From: Eledone cirrhosa
Lineage: Eukaryota
Assembly: GCA_964016885.1 (NCBI GenBank)
Contig: OZ024742.1
Location: forward strand, 184,264,001 to 184,328,000
Reading direction: 5' to 3'
DNA: 64,000 bases
The notes beneath the pieces were generated by a model, which was given only the letters and a program-made list of their open reading frames with translations, searched no databases and was not told the DNA's origin. Each line of letters starts with the position of its first letter. Position 1 is the stretch's first letter. Shown piece by piece: positions 26,686 to 40,910 of the stretch. Position numbers and translations under genes: made by a program.

Positions 26686-27597
26686 TATATATAATACACA
26701 CACACATACATATCATTTCTTTTTCACTTCGTGCTTTGAGTTTTGACTTGGTTGGATTCTTTTTTCCACTGATTACATTGATGGTTTGCCAGGCTGCTGT
26801 AGATTGTTTATTTTCAATTGAGGATTGAACTAGGTTGGGCTTTTTTTGTTGAATAAATTCTTTTTGAACTTCTAGATATGTATCAGATAGATCTTTCAAA
26901 GCTTCTTCATGACATTTTGAATTGCTTCTTGTGCGTACTTTATCCTTTAATTCTGCAGCTTTTTTCAGTGTTTGTTTCTTTTGTGACAACATAAACTGTA
27001 ATCCTTCTGACCTGCTGAATATGATGAGCAATAGAATTGGATGGTGACAGAGAGTCGAGGGAATCTGTACAAGCAGTGCAACCTATTGATTGATTGCTGT
27101 ATTCTTTAGTCTTTCATGATACAAGGTATAACTATTCTTTGTATCATGATAAAATGAACCTAACACATACTGTAAAGTGGTTGGAGCCACAATAAAATAC
27201 ACTCCATACAGCCTATAAAGTGGTTGATGATAGGAAGAGCATCCAGGCATAGAAGGCATGCTAAAAAACCGAATGGATGAGTCATTGTCTTCCAACCCAA
27301 CTAGGAGGCCAGTAACTCCAAATAAGAACAGACAAGACCAGTGACAATGTGTCTATCCCATGCCAGTATAGAAAGTGGCTGCAAAATGATAATACTGATG
27401 ATGTAGATACACACATATGTAGGGATGCCTGTAGTGTTGGCAAAAATTCAAATTAAACATCATATGAAAGATATCATCAAGAACTAAGATATACATGCAT
27501 AATAAAAGACCGTGCTAGTTATATACATTAGAAAAGTATTTAGTAGTACCACTAACACAGTGTGATTCAGAATAGAGATGTGTATGGGAGCATATAT

Positions 27598-27808
27598 AAT
27601 ATGTTTATGTACAATAAAATACATAATCTTGCTGTGACTATTTTAAGCTCTGATTATATCACAGATACCTCAGTAACTGAGTGAGAATACCTAATAGATA
27701 TATTTCAGAATCCTGAAACTCTGGTACTTAACATTCTCACACGGTTACTGGGGTAGCTTAAAATGCTCACAGCAAGACTATGTATATTCATTAAACATAA
27801 ATATATTG
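27598..27808. repeat. imperfect foldback (MITE-like) inverted repeat
   Basis: aatatgtttatgt..tcttgctgtga..attttaagct..acctcagtaac versus gttactggggt agcttaaaat..tcacagcaaga..acataaatatatt. Confidence 0.65.
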
Positions 27809-28453
27809 TTTATGGGCAGCTGCAAGTTGGTAGATCTGGAAAGGAGTTGAGTTCCACCAGATTTAAAAATGCCCTAGAAAAACTATGTTAATATGGCACC
27901 CCTATGACTCCCTCAGAAGTTATGGGACCATGCAAAAATATTGTATATGCTTCCATATATGCAGCTATTAGAAAAGTATGAGATACTATTTGCTAAAAAT
28001 GTGTTATTAAATGCAAATTCAAGAAATAATCTCTATGTATGCCCCCATATGTACAATTCCATACAGCATTTCAAGCCCATACATAGACTTTTGCACTTGT
28101 TAAAACCTCAACTTGGGTTTTACTGAAATAACTTTGTCAAAATGGTTACACTCTTTGTCATATATCATGTTTATCTGCATATATATTTGTCTATTATTGT
28201 ATATGCATATGTGTGCTTATATGGACCTGCGGAAGTACATATCGATACACACACATATATATAATTGAATATAAATATACAATTGAATATATGAGGGGGA
28301 TGAACACCGATACAATTATACGTGTGTTCGAATTGCAAATGACCAAGTTAGCTAGGTTGAAAAAATACTAATTTAAAATAATATGGTTTGCCTGTCTCGA
28401 TTTAAAGTAATAAATCAATAAAAATAACAAACCTATATTGGGCAACAGCCGTT

Positions 28454-28533
28454 GATACCCGGACAGATCTAAAATCTGTTTCACAAGAATTATTAAGTGA
28501 AAGCCACCATTCCTGTGCTATTCTGCGGCTATC
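28454..28533 (-). ncRNA. degenerate hammerhead-like fold (core CAGAATA)
   Basis: Inverted copy of 28939-29018; stem II ACAGGAAT/ATTCTTGT, GAAA, stem III CAGAT/ATCTG, UC. Confidence 0.4.
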
Positions 28534-28938
28534 CAGGAAATTCGTACCTTTCACTTTAAAAGATCTAAGAAGACTGAACTGTGTGTTGATATAAAAGCAC
28601 ATGTTGCATCGCCTAGCGCGTCTCATACTCATGCCGCTAAAAATAGCAGCAGGTTTTATGGGACTAAAGTTAGCTCTACGTATGGAGCCGAGAATATCAT
28701 AGATTGAGTTAAAAACTCAAAATAGTCTTTTACAATTAAATAGCTCAAGGAAGGGAATCTTTCCGAGCCATGTAATACAATTGAATATATGAGAGGGATG
28801 AACACCGATACAATTATACATGTGTTCAAATTGCAAAGTGGCATGAGTATGAGACGCGCTAGGCGCTGCAACATGTGCTTTTATAACACACAGTTCAGTC
28901 TTCTTAGATCTTTTGAAGTGAAAGGTACAAATTTCCTG

Positions 28939-29018
28939 GATACCTGCAGAAGAGCACAGGAATGGTGGCTTTCACTTAATAATTCTTTCGAAACAGATTT
29001 TAGATCTGTCCGGGTATC
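28939..29018 (+). ncRNA. variant-core type-I hammerhead-like fold
   Basis: GATACCTG-CAGAAGA-G(stem II)C-GAAA-CAGAT.TTTAG.ATCTG-TC-CGGGTATC: 8-bp stem I, 6-bp stem III, GUC site; core has A in place of U4. Confidence 0.55.
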
Positions 29019-29310
29019 AAAGGCTGTTGCCCAATATAGGTTTGTTATTTTTATTGATTTATTACTTTAAATCGAGACAGGCAAACCATATTGTTTTAAA
29101 TTAGTATCTTTTCAACCTAGCTAACTTGGTCATTTGCAATTCGAACACACGTATAATTGTATCGTTGTTCATCCCTCTCATATATTCAATTGTATTACAC
29201 GGCTCAGAAAGATTCTCTTCTTTGAGCTATTTAATTGTAAAAGACTATTTTCAGTTTCTAACTTAATCTATGATATATATATATATGTGTGTGTGTATCT
29301 ATATAGGTGT

Positions 29311-30611
29311 ATCATCATCATCAACGTTTAACGTCCGTGTTCCACGCTTGCATGGGTTTGGACGGGGGTATTCCCACTTGAGGCAAGAGTGATTGTCTTG
29401 CTCGCATAGGACTGTCTGGCAGGTTTTCTACAGTTGGATGCCCTTCCTAACACCAACCACATTTACAGTGTGGGTCTGGGAGGTTTTTACCGTGTTGCCT
29501 ACACGGCCACATTACAGCGTGGACTGTGTGTTTTTTTGTCGTGACACCTACACGATCTCATTTGTTTCGGCCTGGATGGTGTGGCACCAACATAACTTTA
29601 CATAGGAGGGGGTGGTGGGACGGGGGTGTATTTTGTTAGAGATGCCTACTGGCTGTAGTAGATTTTACTATGCATTTAGGTAAGGCGGGTCTTCTCTATT
29701 ACTGAGTACCGCCAAAGGTCTTGGTCCAGTGACATTGTCTTGGAGAGATGTAAGTGTGTGAGGTCGGAGTTTATCAGCTCGTCCCAGGTTTTTCTAGGTC
29801 TGCCTATTCCGTGGCTACCGTCTATCTTTATTGCCCTGCACTTTGTTATACAGCTATCGACTTTCATGCGAATCACGTGTCCATACCAACGTAGCCTTCT
29901 CTCGAGTAAACAACATCTGATCCCTCTTATTTCTAATTTTTCCCTTAGTTCGTTTATGCTTTGCCGTTCACGTATATTACTATTACACATCCAGCGGAGC
30001 ATGCAAGCTTCGTTCCTCTCTAGTCTGCATATATCCTCTGCACACAATGCCCAGGTCTCACTGCCATGCAACATTGCTGTTCGTATGCAGGCATCATACA
30101 ACCTGCCTTTCATTTTTAGGGAGAACCCTTTAGCGGCTAATAGTGGTATAAGCTCTCTGAACTTTTTCCATCCAGTTCTGACTCTAACTACTGTACTTTC
30201 AGAGCACCCTCCCCCACTGCTGATTTTGTCACCCAGGTAACGGAAGCTGTCCACTATTTCTATAGAGCCCTCTGCGCAGTTGTAAGAGCTAGTATTTTGT
30301 GGGCACTTGCTGCTACTTATTGCACCAGAGCACCGCCCACATGTAAAATCTATGTTCTTAGTTAGCTTACCTGTGATCCCACTACATCTTTTATGCACCC
30401 ATACTTTGCATTTGGGACATAAAATGGAGTTTCTACCTACGCCTTTCCTACACACTGAGCATGGCCATTTCCCGGAAGGGACCGGCGCCTTATTTTCTTT
30501 CCTACAAACTAGAACTTTAGTCTTAGCCAGGTTAATTTTAAGGCCTTTTGATTCTAGGCCGTGCTTTCATGTTTGGAATTTCTTCTCTAGCTCGGCCATT
30601 GATTCAGCTAT
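29311..30611 (-). mobile_element. 5'-truncated RTE LINE, subfamily B
   Basis: ORF 29676-30455 (LHGSETW, RRLRWYGHV, GRPRKTW); same 3'UTR as 22212-23967. Confidence 0.93.
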
Positions 30612-31304
30612 ATGTATATATATACATATATGCATATATATGCACATAGATGCGTATGGGAGTGAAGGTATGAGTATATATATATGAATATGGAGACATA
30701 TACACATATTTGTGTATACAATTGTATATATGACTAGATCAAACTTTTTTTCAATACTATCAACATTTTTTATTTAAAAACATAAAAAACTTACTTAAAA
30801 ACAAGATCATTTTTTTTATTTATAAACAAATAAATATTTCTATTATGTAACCTCAAGTCCTGATAATAAAATGTTATTCCTTACTTGATTAAACCAATAG
30901 GTGGTAAATACTTCCCAAGCCCATTTTCTTTATATTTGACTTATCATTGTTTGGCTTAATCCACACTTAACATTTCCCCATACCCACTATGAGTTTCATA
31001 TTTCCTTCAGCTATGTGCAACCTCTCACTTGCTCTATATATAACAACAAATTATCTCCAATTTGATAAACCAATAAACTTGGCAAAACTTTGAAGTAAAC
31101 ATTCAATGTTAAAAACAAATTTTATATTGGCTCTATATACTGTTTATAAGCATTTAATTTGGTGCATCTTTAATGTGTTTATGTCACAAACCCATAAAAC
31201 AAACATTTGTATATATTTGTAAATAGTCATTATATATATGCACATATATACACACACACACATGTATGTTGAACTGGATATCATCACTATAATATCTAAG
31301 GACT

Positions 31305-32569
31305 TGTAGCAAGAGTTGCCTCCTTTGTTGTGACGATCACATCACCAGTAGAGTAACGCTCTCTAGACAGGAAGTAGCTGGAGTTATTTCCCGTTGTGGT
31401 TGCCTTCTTTGTCACTTCTGTCCGGGGACCTTATAAAAGGGACAGCTCAAAGCTGTCTTTCCCTCATTTGTTTCGGCTGCTGGCCTTCGGCCAGGCGCGT
31501 TTGCCGAGGCTATACTCCCTAATGTAAAGACCACTTGGTCTCTTGCGAGATGACTTCAAAACGGTAAAACAACAACTCATTTCTTCTGGGAACTTTTTAC
31601 TGTGAATTTATACAACATCGAATATGCTCACTCCGCGAGACAACAACATCAACATCAACAACACAGCTTCATCAACAACCAAAACCAGCAGAACAAGCCA
31701 GAGAATTTATTTTTGCAGCACTCTTCCTGTGAGAAAATCCCTCGGAGGTTGGGAGTTTCACATTGTACCACAGACCAGAAACCACCTGCATACATTCTCT
31801 GGAACACTCTTTCTTGCTGTCATGTGATTGCACACCTGTGAACTTTATTTTTGAACATTTTAATTTTTTTTCTTTAATAACTGTGTTCGAGCGCGTTTCC
31901 TTGTTCTTTTGACCCCTTCTTTTGATTACATTGTATCTTTGTGTGATGGATAGATAGATGTCCAGTCGTTCTCTGGCCAAGAGCGGTTGGCTACCTTGAT
32001 ATCTATCATTAATTTTTGCATGCTTATATTTTGCTGTTTTGCTTTTATTGCAAACATTTTTTTTTTTTCATAATTTTCATGCCTGGACTTTGGTCTTACA
32101 ACATGCTCGCCATCTTACTTCATACATGGTTCATTCGATTTTTATGTTTTAAAAATCTGGCGGGAGTTAATGTAGCAAGAGTTGCCTCCCTTGTTGTGAC
32201 GATCACATCACCAGTAGAGTAACGCTCTCTAGACAGGAAGTAGCTGGAGTTACTTCCCGTTGTGGTTGCCTTTCCGTGCAGGGACCATATAAAAGGGACA
32301 GCTCAAAGCAGTCTCCCTCTCATTTGCCCTTTCGGCTGCTGACCTTCGGCCAGGCGTGTTCCGCCCCGCCGAGGATATACTCTCTGGCAACCCTGAACAT
32401 GGTCTCTTGCGAGCTCACTTCAAAATGGTAACAAATAACTTTACTTCATTCTTTCATCTACTCTTGACATGTCAACCATTCTGCTCTACATAACTCAACC
32501 ATGTTAAATAAACAATGTACATACAACTTAGTCTCTTGTTATGTTCATACAACCCAGTGTTCTGTTATA
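31305..32569 (+). mobile_element. small non-autonomous LTR element (TRIM-like or deletion derivative)
   Basis: Direct repeats starting TGTAGC at 31305 and 32171; purine-rich GGCGGGAG before the second; ends GTTATA (decayed GCTACA); 4-bp TSD GACT at 31301 and 32570; 5' LTR truncated near 31572; no recognisable ORF. Confidence 0.75.
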
Positions 32570-32619
32570 GACTTATGTCTCTATATGAAACATTACTATC
32601 TCTGTTAGTGCTGTTGTAA

Positions 32620-33496
32620 TTAGGGTTGGACACCATGCTTTGACACATAGAGTTACGGCTCTTGCCATTCTGAGTTCAAATCCTACCGAGTTTAACTTTG
32701 CCTTTCATCCTTATGGGGTCGATAAAATAAAGCACCAGTAATGTACTGGGGTCGATTTAATCGACTTTCCCCTCCCCCAAATTACTGGCCTTGTGCCTAT
32801 GCTAAAAGTCATTATTAGGATTGGCAGTGTTAGTAGAGCTTTGATCAACATGCTTTGCAGCATAGAGTTTCAGACCTTTACATTCTGAGTTCAAATCCCA
32901 CCAAGGTTAGCTTAGCCTTTCATCTTTATGGGTTGATAAAATAAAGTACCAGTAAGCACAGGGGTCGATTTAATCAACTTTCTTTTTCCCTTCAAATTAC
33001 TGGCCTTGTGCCTAAAGTACAAACAATTGTTATTAGGCTTGGCAGTGTCAGTTGAGCATGTACTATACATGCACCTTTGATGAGTTGTAGTGCACCTGAG
33101 CACTATACACAATAATTTTCATTATTATGCTTTGTGGCATAGAGCTTTACGTTCTGAGTTCAAATCCTGCCAAGGTTAGTTTAGCTTTTCATCCTCATGA
33201 GGTCGATAAAATAAAGTACCAGTAATGTGCTGAGGTCAATTTAATTGACTTTCCCTTTCTCAAAGATTATTGGCCTTGTGCCTAAATCAGAAACCATTAT
33301 TATTATAACAAGGGGCGTGGATTGGCAGTATCGGTAGAGGGTCGTACACCATGCTTTGACGCATAGTTACGGTCCTTGCCATTCTGAGTTCAAATCCCGC
33401 CGAGGTTAACTTTGCCTTTCATCCTTACGGGGTCGATAAAATAAAGTACCAGTAATGCACTGGGTAATTGCTGGCCTTGTGCCAAAAGTAGAAGCA
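32620..33496 (+). mobile_element. head-to-tail array of about four SINE family 1 copies
   Basis: Repeated CTGAGTTCAAATCC...GATAAAATAAAGTACCAG...GGCCTTGTGCC; youngest copy 33312-33496 has a 16-bp TSD ATTATTATTATAACAA. Confidence 0.85.
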
Positions 33497-33654
33497 ATTA
33501 TTATTATAACAATCTGTTAACAATAGTTTTCATGCCAGCTTCTGCTGTTCTATCAAGTAAAACTCCATGTTCCTGAGATGTGTAGGTGTGTACAGGCGTG
33601 GGATGTTATTTGTATATACAACATTTCTTTTGCTCCATTGAGTGTTTTCTTTGT

Positions 33655-34005
33655 TGTCATCATCATCAACATCATTATCATTGTGGTTGTCATTGTCATG
33701 ATGATCATAATCCTTAACATCGGCATCATCACGACCACCACTACTACCACTACTACTACTACTATCACCACTCTCACTACTATTATTACCACCACCACCA
33801 CTACTACTACTACTACTATCAACAGCAACACCACCACCGCCACTACTACTACTACTACCACCAACAACAACAACAATACCACCGCCACTACTACTACTAC
33901 TACCAACAACAACACCACCGCCACTACTACTACTACTACTACTACTACCAACAACAACACCACCGCAACTACTACTACTACTGCTACTGTTGCTGCTGCT
34001 GTTAC
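33655..34005. repeat. compound trinucleotide microsatellite (ATC/ACT/ACC/AAC)
   Basis: Directly visible; the poly-T/V ORFs are artefacts. Confidence 0.9.
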
Positions 34006-36109
34006 TATATTAGTACAGTGGTATAGATATGCATAATGCACAACTAAGAGAATTCTCCTGAAAGAAAGAATAAATAAATGAAAAAAGAATTAAATAAATA
34101 ACTCCAAGTGTTGCATTGAGTGAAAGAAAACTGGCATAATAACAATATTTCCAAACAGTGTAATTATGTATGGAAGCTGGAAGAAAGGAAATGGTTTGTA
34201 ATGGCACGGCAGATGGTGAGCCGAAATAAGATATGAAATGTTAAGTAGACATAAAATGTCCCCATGTAATGACGTAAAGGAAGTGCATTTAATGGCAGTG
34301 GCAGGATAAAGGATGTGGAAGTTTTTAAAAATTTTGATCTTTTAAACAAGGAAATGAATTTTAAAAAGGAGTTGGTGTTAACAGGGAATTGGAAATGATG
34401 GAGATGCATGGGGCGCTGTTCTAATCTGAAGCATGATGTGTCTTGGGCATTTTAAACTTGGTGGAATCCATCCCTTTCCAGGTCTGAACACAGCCAATTT
34501 CCTCCAGAGAAGAAGAGAGAGAATGTAAGATAGAGGAAGAATTGGCCCCAGTCTACAAGAGTGGTATTTTTTTATTGACTTATTGACTTAAAAAAACTGA
34601 AAGTTACAGTTGTTTCAGCAGAATTTGAACCCAGAACACAGTGGGCCAGAATCAATATATTTAATCTGATTCCTTCACAATTCAGCCAATTCATATCACC
34701 ACCTTATAACAGAATTAACTATATGATTTAGTACAAGCTTTGGGATTTTCTTCTTGTTTTGTTTTTGTTTTTTTTTCCTGACTTTGTCAGCTGAGGAAGA
34801 ACAGAAAAAATATCATTGTAAATACAAGTGTCCAAAATGGGGTTCCTCCAAAGGATCTTTGAAGTAACATTACTCAATGGAGTGCATAGTTCGGAGAGTT
34901 GCTCAAGGTAGAGCTGCTACTTCTTTGAATTGAAAGATTACAGCTCTGATACTTTGGACATGAGGTCAGAATGTGTAAGGAAAGAATTGCTGGACAAAAC
35001 CAGCCAGCATGAGACCCCAAGCAAGATGGTCGGATAACATCAATGAGCTCAGCTGATCTTCCTTGGGGATCCAGCTGGATCAATTGGAGACAGTTTCTTC
35101 TGACAGGAATAAGTGGGCAAAGAAGAATAAAGATGTTTTTTCTGACTTAGTCAGCTAAAGAAGGACATCATCTGTGACCCTTTTTTTTTTTATTTCAGGG
35201 TCTCCAAGACTAGTGGAAGGGAGGGGCGTTGTCTTCCCCAGAGGGAGACCTCGCTTGAATACTTGCAACAGAATATACACTGGGATCAAATCTTGGATTT
35301 AATGATTGTGAAGCAAGCTTCTTGACCATTTAAGCATGCTATGTCCTCACATACCATGTTACACTATACATACATGCATGCACACATATATACATAATCA
35401 TCATATCATTATTGTCTAATGTCTATTTTCCATGTTTTTATGGGTTAGACGGGCTGTCATATTATGAGACCCAACAGGTTATGGGACCATATCTTGCTCA
35501 TACAAGCCGTTTTTGGCTTGGTTTGCTGTAGCTGGATGCCAACCACTTTTCAGCATGTATTGAGAGTATTTTGTGGAACCATTTCGACCACATTACAGGG
35601 TAGACTAGGTACCTTTTGTCATTTCACCAGTATAACCACTTTACAGAGTGGAAACTGAAAGTTTTTTGTCATGGAACCAGTACAACCTCTTTATAGGGTG
35701 TACAGCGTGCTATTTGTCGATATTACACATGCATAAATTATATTAATATTGGCAATATATAGAATATGGTAAAATTGATTTACTTGGAAACTTGTAATCA
35801 AACAGAATTCAAATCCCGCTTAGGTTCACTTTGCTTTTCATCCTTACGGGGTCGATAAAATAAAGTACCAGTAATGTACTGGGATAATTGCTGACCTTGT
35901 GCCAAAAGTAGAAACAGTTATTTATAATAAAGATACACACATGTGTATCTGTAGTTGGGTGAATACCCAAAGGTAGAGAAAAGCCAATCTTGGAGAAAAT
36001 AAGGTTTTTGTATAGTAATCTAGTTACTATTGTTACACATCTCTCATACTGGCTCCAAGCCAAAATAAAACACGTGTAACAACATGAACTAGATTGCTAT
36101 ATAAAAACC

Positions 36110-36142
<33 letters not shown>

Positions 36143-36407
36143 TTTAATGTTTATTTTCTATGCTTGCATGGGCTTGTAGGACTTACTAAGACCAGACTTG
36201 TCAGGTGACAACATCTTGTTCATACACTCCATTCTTCACTTGGTTGTGACAGTTGTTTGCTCTTCCTAATGATAACTACTTAAAAGGGTGTACTAGGGGG
36301 GGGGGGGGGTCATTTTATCATGCGTCCAGCACTACCACCTTACAGAATGGACTGGATGCTTTTTGTCGTGGTACCAGCATTACCACTTTATAAAGTGGAT
36401 TGGGTGC

Positions 36408-36976
<569 letters not shown>

Positions 36977-37078
36977 AATAATAATAAAATTGAAGACTAA
37001 AATCCAAAGAGGGCTCGATAAGGAAAATATATATCAAATATATAAGAACCGTAGAGAAAATATTTATTAAAATAACAG

Positions 37079-37137
37079 GTTAAAGTTTAAGCAAAGAATC
37101 GCTGCTTTCACCCTTAACGGGATCTTGTGAAACTAAC
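37079..37137 (-). ncRNA. degenerate hammerhead-like fold in the PLE pseudo-LTR extension
   Basis: GTTAGTTT-CACAAGA-T.CCC.GTTAA.GGG.T-GAAA-GCAG.CGATTCT.TTGC-TT-AAACTTTAAC; all three stems present, two core substitutions. Confidence 0.4.
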
Positions 37138-37501
37138 AAAGTCAATCTGTAAACGCAGAACTGGATATTTCAAAAAACGTTGCAACCGGAGGAATACAGG
37201 AAGACGATACTTTGGTTCGTGGTAACGTTCGCTGGCAAAGAACGGGAAAAAACGAATAATACGTCATTAATAGGAGCGGTGAAAAACAATTACGCGCAAA
37301 GACAAAACCACGTTTATGGTATAAAAGAGGTCGTAGACTAATGTTCTCTTAGGTGGTGCATAGAGACGTTCTCTGGCAATGAACGAAAAAACGAAGATAA
37401 TAAGTCATATGTGGAGCGTGGAGAACAATAGCACGCAAAGACAAAACCACGTAAATGGTATAGCAGAAATCGTAGACTAAAATAATATGGAGGTGGCCAC
37501 A

Positions 37502-38133
37502 CCATTAGCTAAGATCTTTCTTTCCCTTATTACGAAGCATTTTCCCCCTACACATAAATATAGTAAAATTTTTAATAGAAATACTATTAAAATTTCTTAC
37601 TCTACGACTCCTAACCTTGCACATAACATGCTTCAAATTTAGCTAAACTACCTAACCGTAGGAACACGTGCAACCCTGTAGTTAGTACTAACTGTAATTG
37701 TAGGAATCGGGCTGATTGCCCCCTATCCGGGAAATGCCTCTCTAATAACATTGTCTACAAATGTAAGGTTGTAACATCCACGTCCCGTAGGGCCTACATA
37801 GGGTTAACCGCCAATAGTTTCAAGCAGCGTCTTTACATGCATACCCATTCTTTTCGTTACCCTCTAAGAAGGAATATGACGTCACTTTCAGCTTATATCT
37901 GGAGTCTAAAAGACAACCACACCCAATATAAGTTACACTGGGAGATCCTAGCTAGGGCTAGATCGTATGACGGAAATAAAAGACCATGTGACCTCTGCGC
38001 CGCTGAGGCCCTGGAAATACTCTACGCTACAGACCACATCTTAAACAAAAAATCTGAGGCAATTTCGGCTTGTAAACATAAATTGCGCAAAACTTTCCTG
38101 TATTACAGCCCCACGTTATACCCTAACGGATAG
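37502..38133 (+). pseudogene. PLE RT-thumb/linker and GIY-YIG endonuclease
   Basis: Manual translation: FLSLITKHFPPTHKYSKIFNRNTIKISYSTTPN, then a break, then CNCRNRADCPLSGKCLSNNIVYKCKV...AYIGLTANSFKQR...H..SF...SLSAYIWSLK...CDLC..E...LNKKSE...CKH. Confidence 0.88.
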
Positions 38134-39046
38134 CACGATCTATACGTGGATATTTTACGTCTTGATGTGGGAGCTAAGTATATGTTTTGTTTATTCCTTT
38201 ACTTATTTGCATAGGTAAGTATATATTACCCGTATGTTTTGTGAAGGTATGTATACCTTCTCGTACGTATATTTGACTGTTATAGCGTATAATTTTTACA
38301 TATTCTGGTATTTAGGGTTTGGCTATGTGTATATGGGAGTTTTGCGTCCGCGTGAGTGTGCAGGTTCGTACGTATGGTGGGTGTGTGTATATGTGTACTT
38401 CTTGTTTTAGTTGACTTACGTCTCCGAACATTCGTGTATTTATATGTAGGTATGCGTGTGCGCTTGTTATATACGTATTTATTTACTTATATACGTTTAT
38501 ATAATTATTTATATATTTGTACACAAGCATACACACACACACATATTTATATGTGCGTGGTTTTGTATACCCATGGTAAGGTTTTGCGTATGCTTGTGTA
38601 TGTACGTATCTGTTTGCGTGTATGTATTTATTTGTTTCTATTACTTCTGTATTGTATTTATTTACTTTGTTCTTAACTCTGTAGCGGAGATTCATTTGGT
38701 CTCCTAGTTAGAATTTTAGTCTACGACTTCTGCTATACCATTTACGTGGTTTTGTCTCTGCGTGCTATTGTTCTCCACGCTCCACATATGACTTATTATC
38801 TTCGTTTTTTCGTTCATTGCCAGAGAACGTCTCTATGCACCACCTAAGAGAACATTAGTCTACGACCTCTTTTATACCATAAACGTGGTTCTGTCTTTGC
38901 ACGTAATTGTTTTTCACCGCTCCTATTAATGACGTATTATTCGTTTTTTCCCGTTCTTTGCCAGCGAATGTTACCACGAACCAAAGTATCGTCTTCCTGT
39001 CTTCCTCCGGTTGCAACATTTTTTGAAATATCCAGTTCTGCGTTTA

Positions 39047-40910
39047 TCCATTCTATCCTTATTCTAGCTATTCTGCTCTGAGAGCACCCTCCTCCACTGC
39101 TAATTAGATTACCTTGATAGCAGAAACTATCAACCACTTCTATGGATCCTTCATGTGATTAAAAAAGATTTATATCACTGGTGCTCTTCCCATCCATTAC
39201 CCCTTTGCATCTAGTACATACAAAGTTTTCCTTTCCTGTTAGTCTGCTTGATATTCCATTACACCCCTTATGTACCCAAGATTTGCATTGTGTGCATCAT
39301 ATAGAGTTTATCAAGCTGGGTCACTTCCCTACTTATTAGCCCTTTAGTTTTTGCCAAGTCTTCTCTCAGCCCTTTTTATTGTAAATTCTGTTTCCACAGT
39401 TGGAACATATTCTATAGTTCTTCTATGGAGTCAGCTATAAGGACCAGATCATCTGCATAAAAAATTCCCATGGACAGTCAGTCATAAACTCCTCTCTTAT
39501 AGCCTGGAGAAATATTATTGTTTCTACTTTAGGCACAAGGCCAGCAAATACCCAGTGCATTACTGGTACTTTATTTTATCGACCCCGTAAGGATGAAAGG
39601 CAAAGTTAACCTCGGCGGGATTTGAACTCAGAATGGCAAGGGACGTAACTCTTTGCGTCAAAGCATGGTGTCCGACTCTCTACCGATACTGCCAAATATA
39701 ATGAACTATAAACTCACTTCCTACTCTCACTTCACTGACAGCTTTTCTATACATGGCTTGCCCTGCTCTTAGAATCCATTCTTCTACACCTAATTTTCTT
39801 AAGGACCACCAGATAATAGATCGAGGTACTCTGTCAAAGGCCTTTTCTAGATCAACAAAAGCTAAATGTAGCAGCTTATTCTTGCCTAGAAACTTCTCTT
39901 ATAGTTGTCTCACTAAGAAGAAGGTATCTGTAGTGCTTTTTTCAGGCATAAAACTGAAGTGCATCTAGTCTAATTTGACTCTTACCCTAATTAATTGTGC
40001 TATGACTCTTTTTGTCACATTCATAACTTGGTCGATTAGTTTTATTCCTCTATAGTTGCTCCTTTCTAGAGCATCATCTTTGCCCTTGTAGCAATTTATG
40101 ATTGTACTGCTGCATCAGTCATTGGGTATGATTCCATCTTGTATTACTTGATTGACTATGTGGGTGACGAGTTCAGCTCCTACTTTTCCAGATGCTTTTA
40201 GTGCCTTTCCAACTGTCTCTGATGGTTCCACAGTTTTACCATTCTTCATCTTCTAGATTACTTCTTTGACCTTATATTTGTCGATTTCAATAGCTGCCCC
40301 TCCTGTTGGGTCAATTGAGGGTTGTCTCTCTTCTTCCCATTCATTCTTTACATTCATCAGACTCTCAAAGTAACATTTCAAGCCTCTTTCTTTTGAGTAT
40401 CAGTGGAGCTAAGTGCACCAATGTCATGTCGAACACACTTTTCCCAAACAACATCTCGATTCACACTCACACACTGCCATGCAATACGAAACACTTCGCA
40501 TCTCTGATCCTCACATTGCAAGACATTGGCAAACCTTTTTCCAGTCTCTTTCCGTGTTGTCTAGCATCTCTCTTAGCTACTTGGTACTGGTCTCTGCTAC
40601 CATTTTTCCAGTCTTTCCTGTCTGTCTCTTGGCCTAATGGCTCTATCCACTGTGTTGTTCCATCACCAGGTTACTCTTTGTCTGGCTGGTGCTTTGCTCC
40701 AGCTACAAGTCTCATCTGTAGTTCACAGTAGTTTGTCTTGTAAGAATTTCCAACTGCCCTCTACATCATATGTATCTAATTTATCTCCTCTCTCATCTAC
40801 TGCATCCCATATGACCTTTCTAAACCTATATTTAACAGAAAGGTCCTTTAGCTTCCATACTCTCTGTTTCCAGATTTTCCTGTGTATCTTGTTCTGTCTT
40901 TTGTTTTAAG
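39047..40910 (-). mobile_element. old, fragmented RTE LINE interrupted by a SINE
   Basis: Reverse complement encodes [24 protein letters not shown] remnants. Confidence 0.8.
39516..39694 (-). mobile_element. SINE family 1
   Basis: Near identical to 33312-33496. Confidence 0.88.

Larger units (their letters stand above)
28277..29275. mobile_element. inverted/permuted ~498-bp-unit element with two outward-facing hammerhead-like folds
   Basis: 28277-28635 is inverted at 28840-29195; 28694-28837 is inverted at 29133-29275; 28277-28339 is directly repeated at 28775-28837. Confidence 0.85.

Noticed and set aside
38780-38960. SECIS element in the PLE 3' repeat (ATGA motifs)
   Set aside because: No apical AA loop or matching GA quartet at the expected spacing; no in-frame TGA at Cys positions
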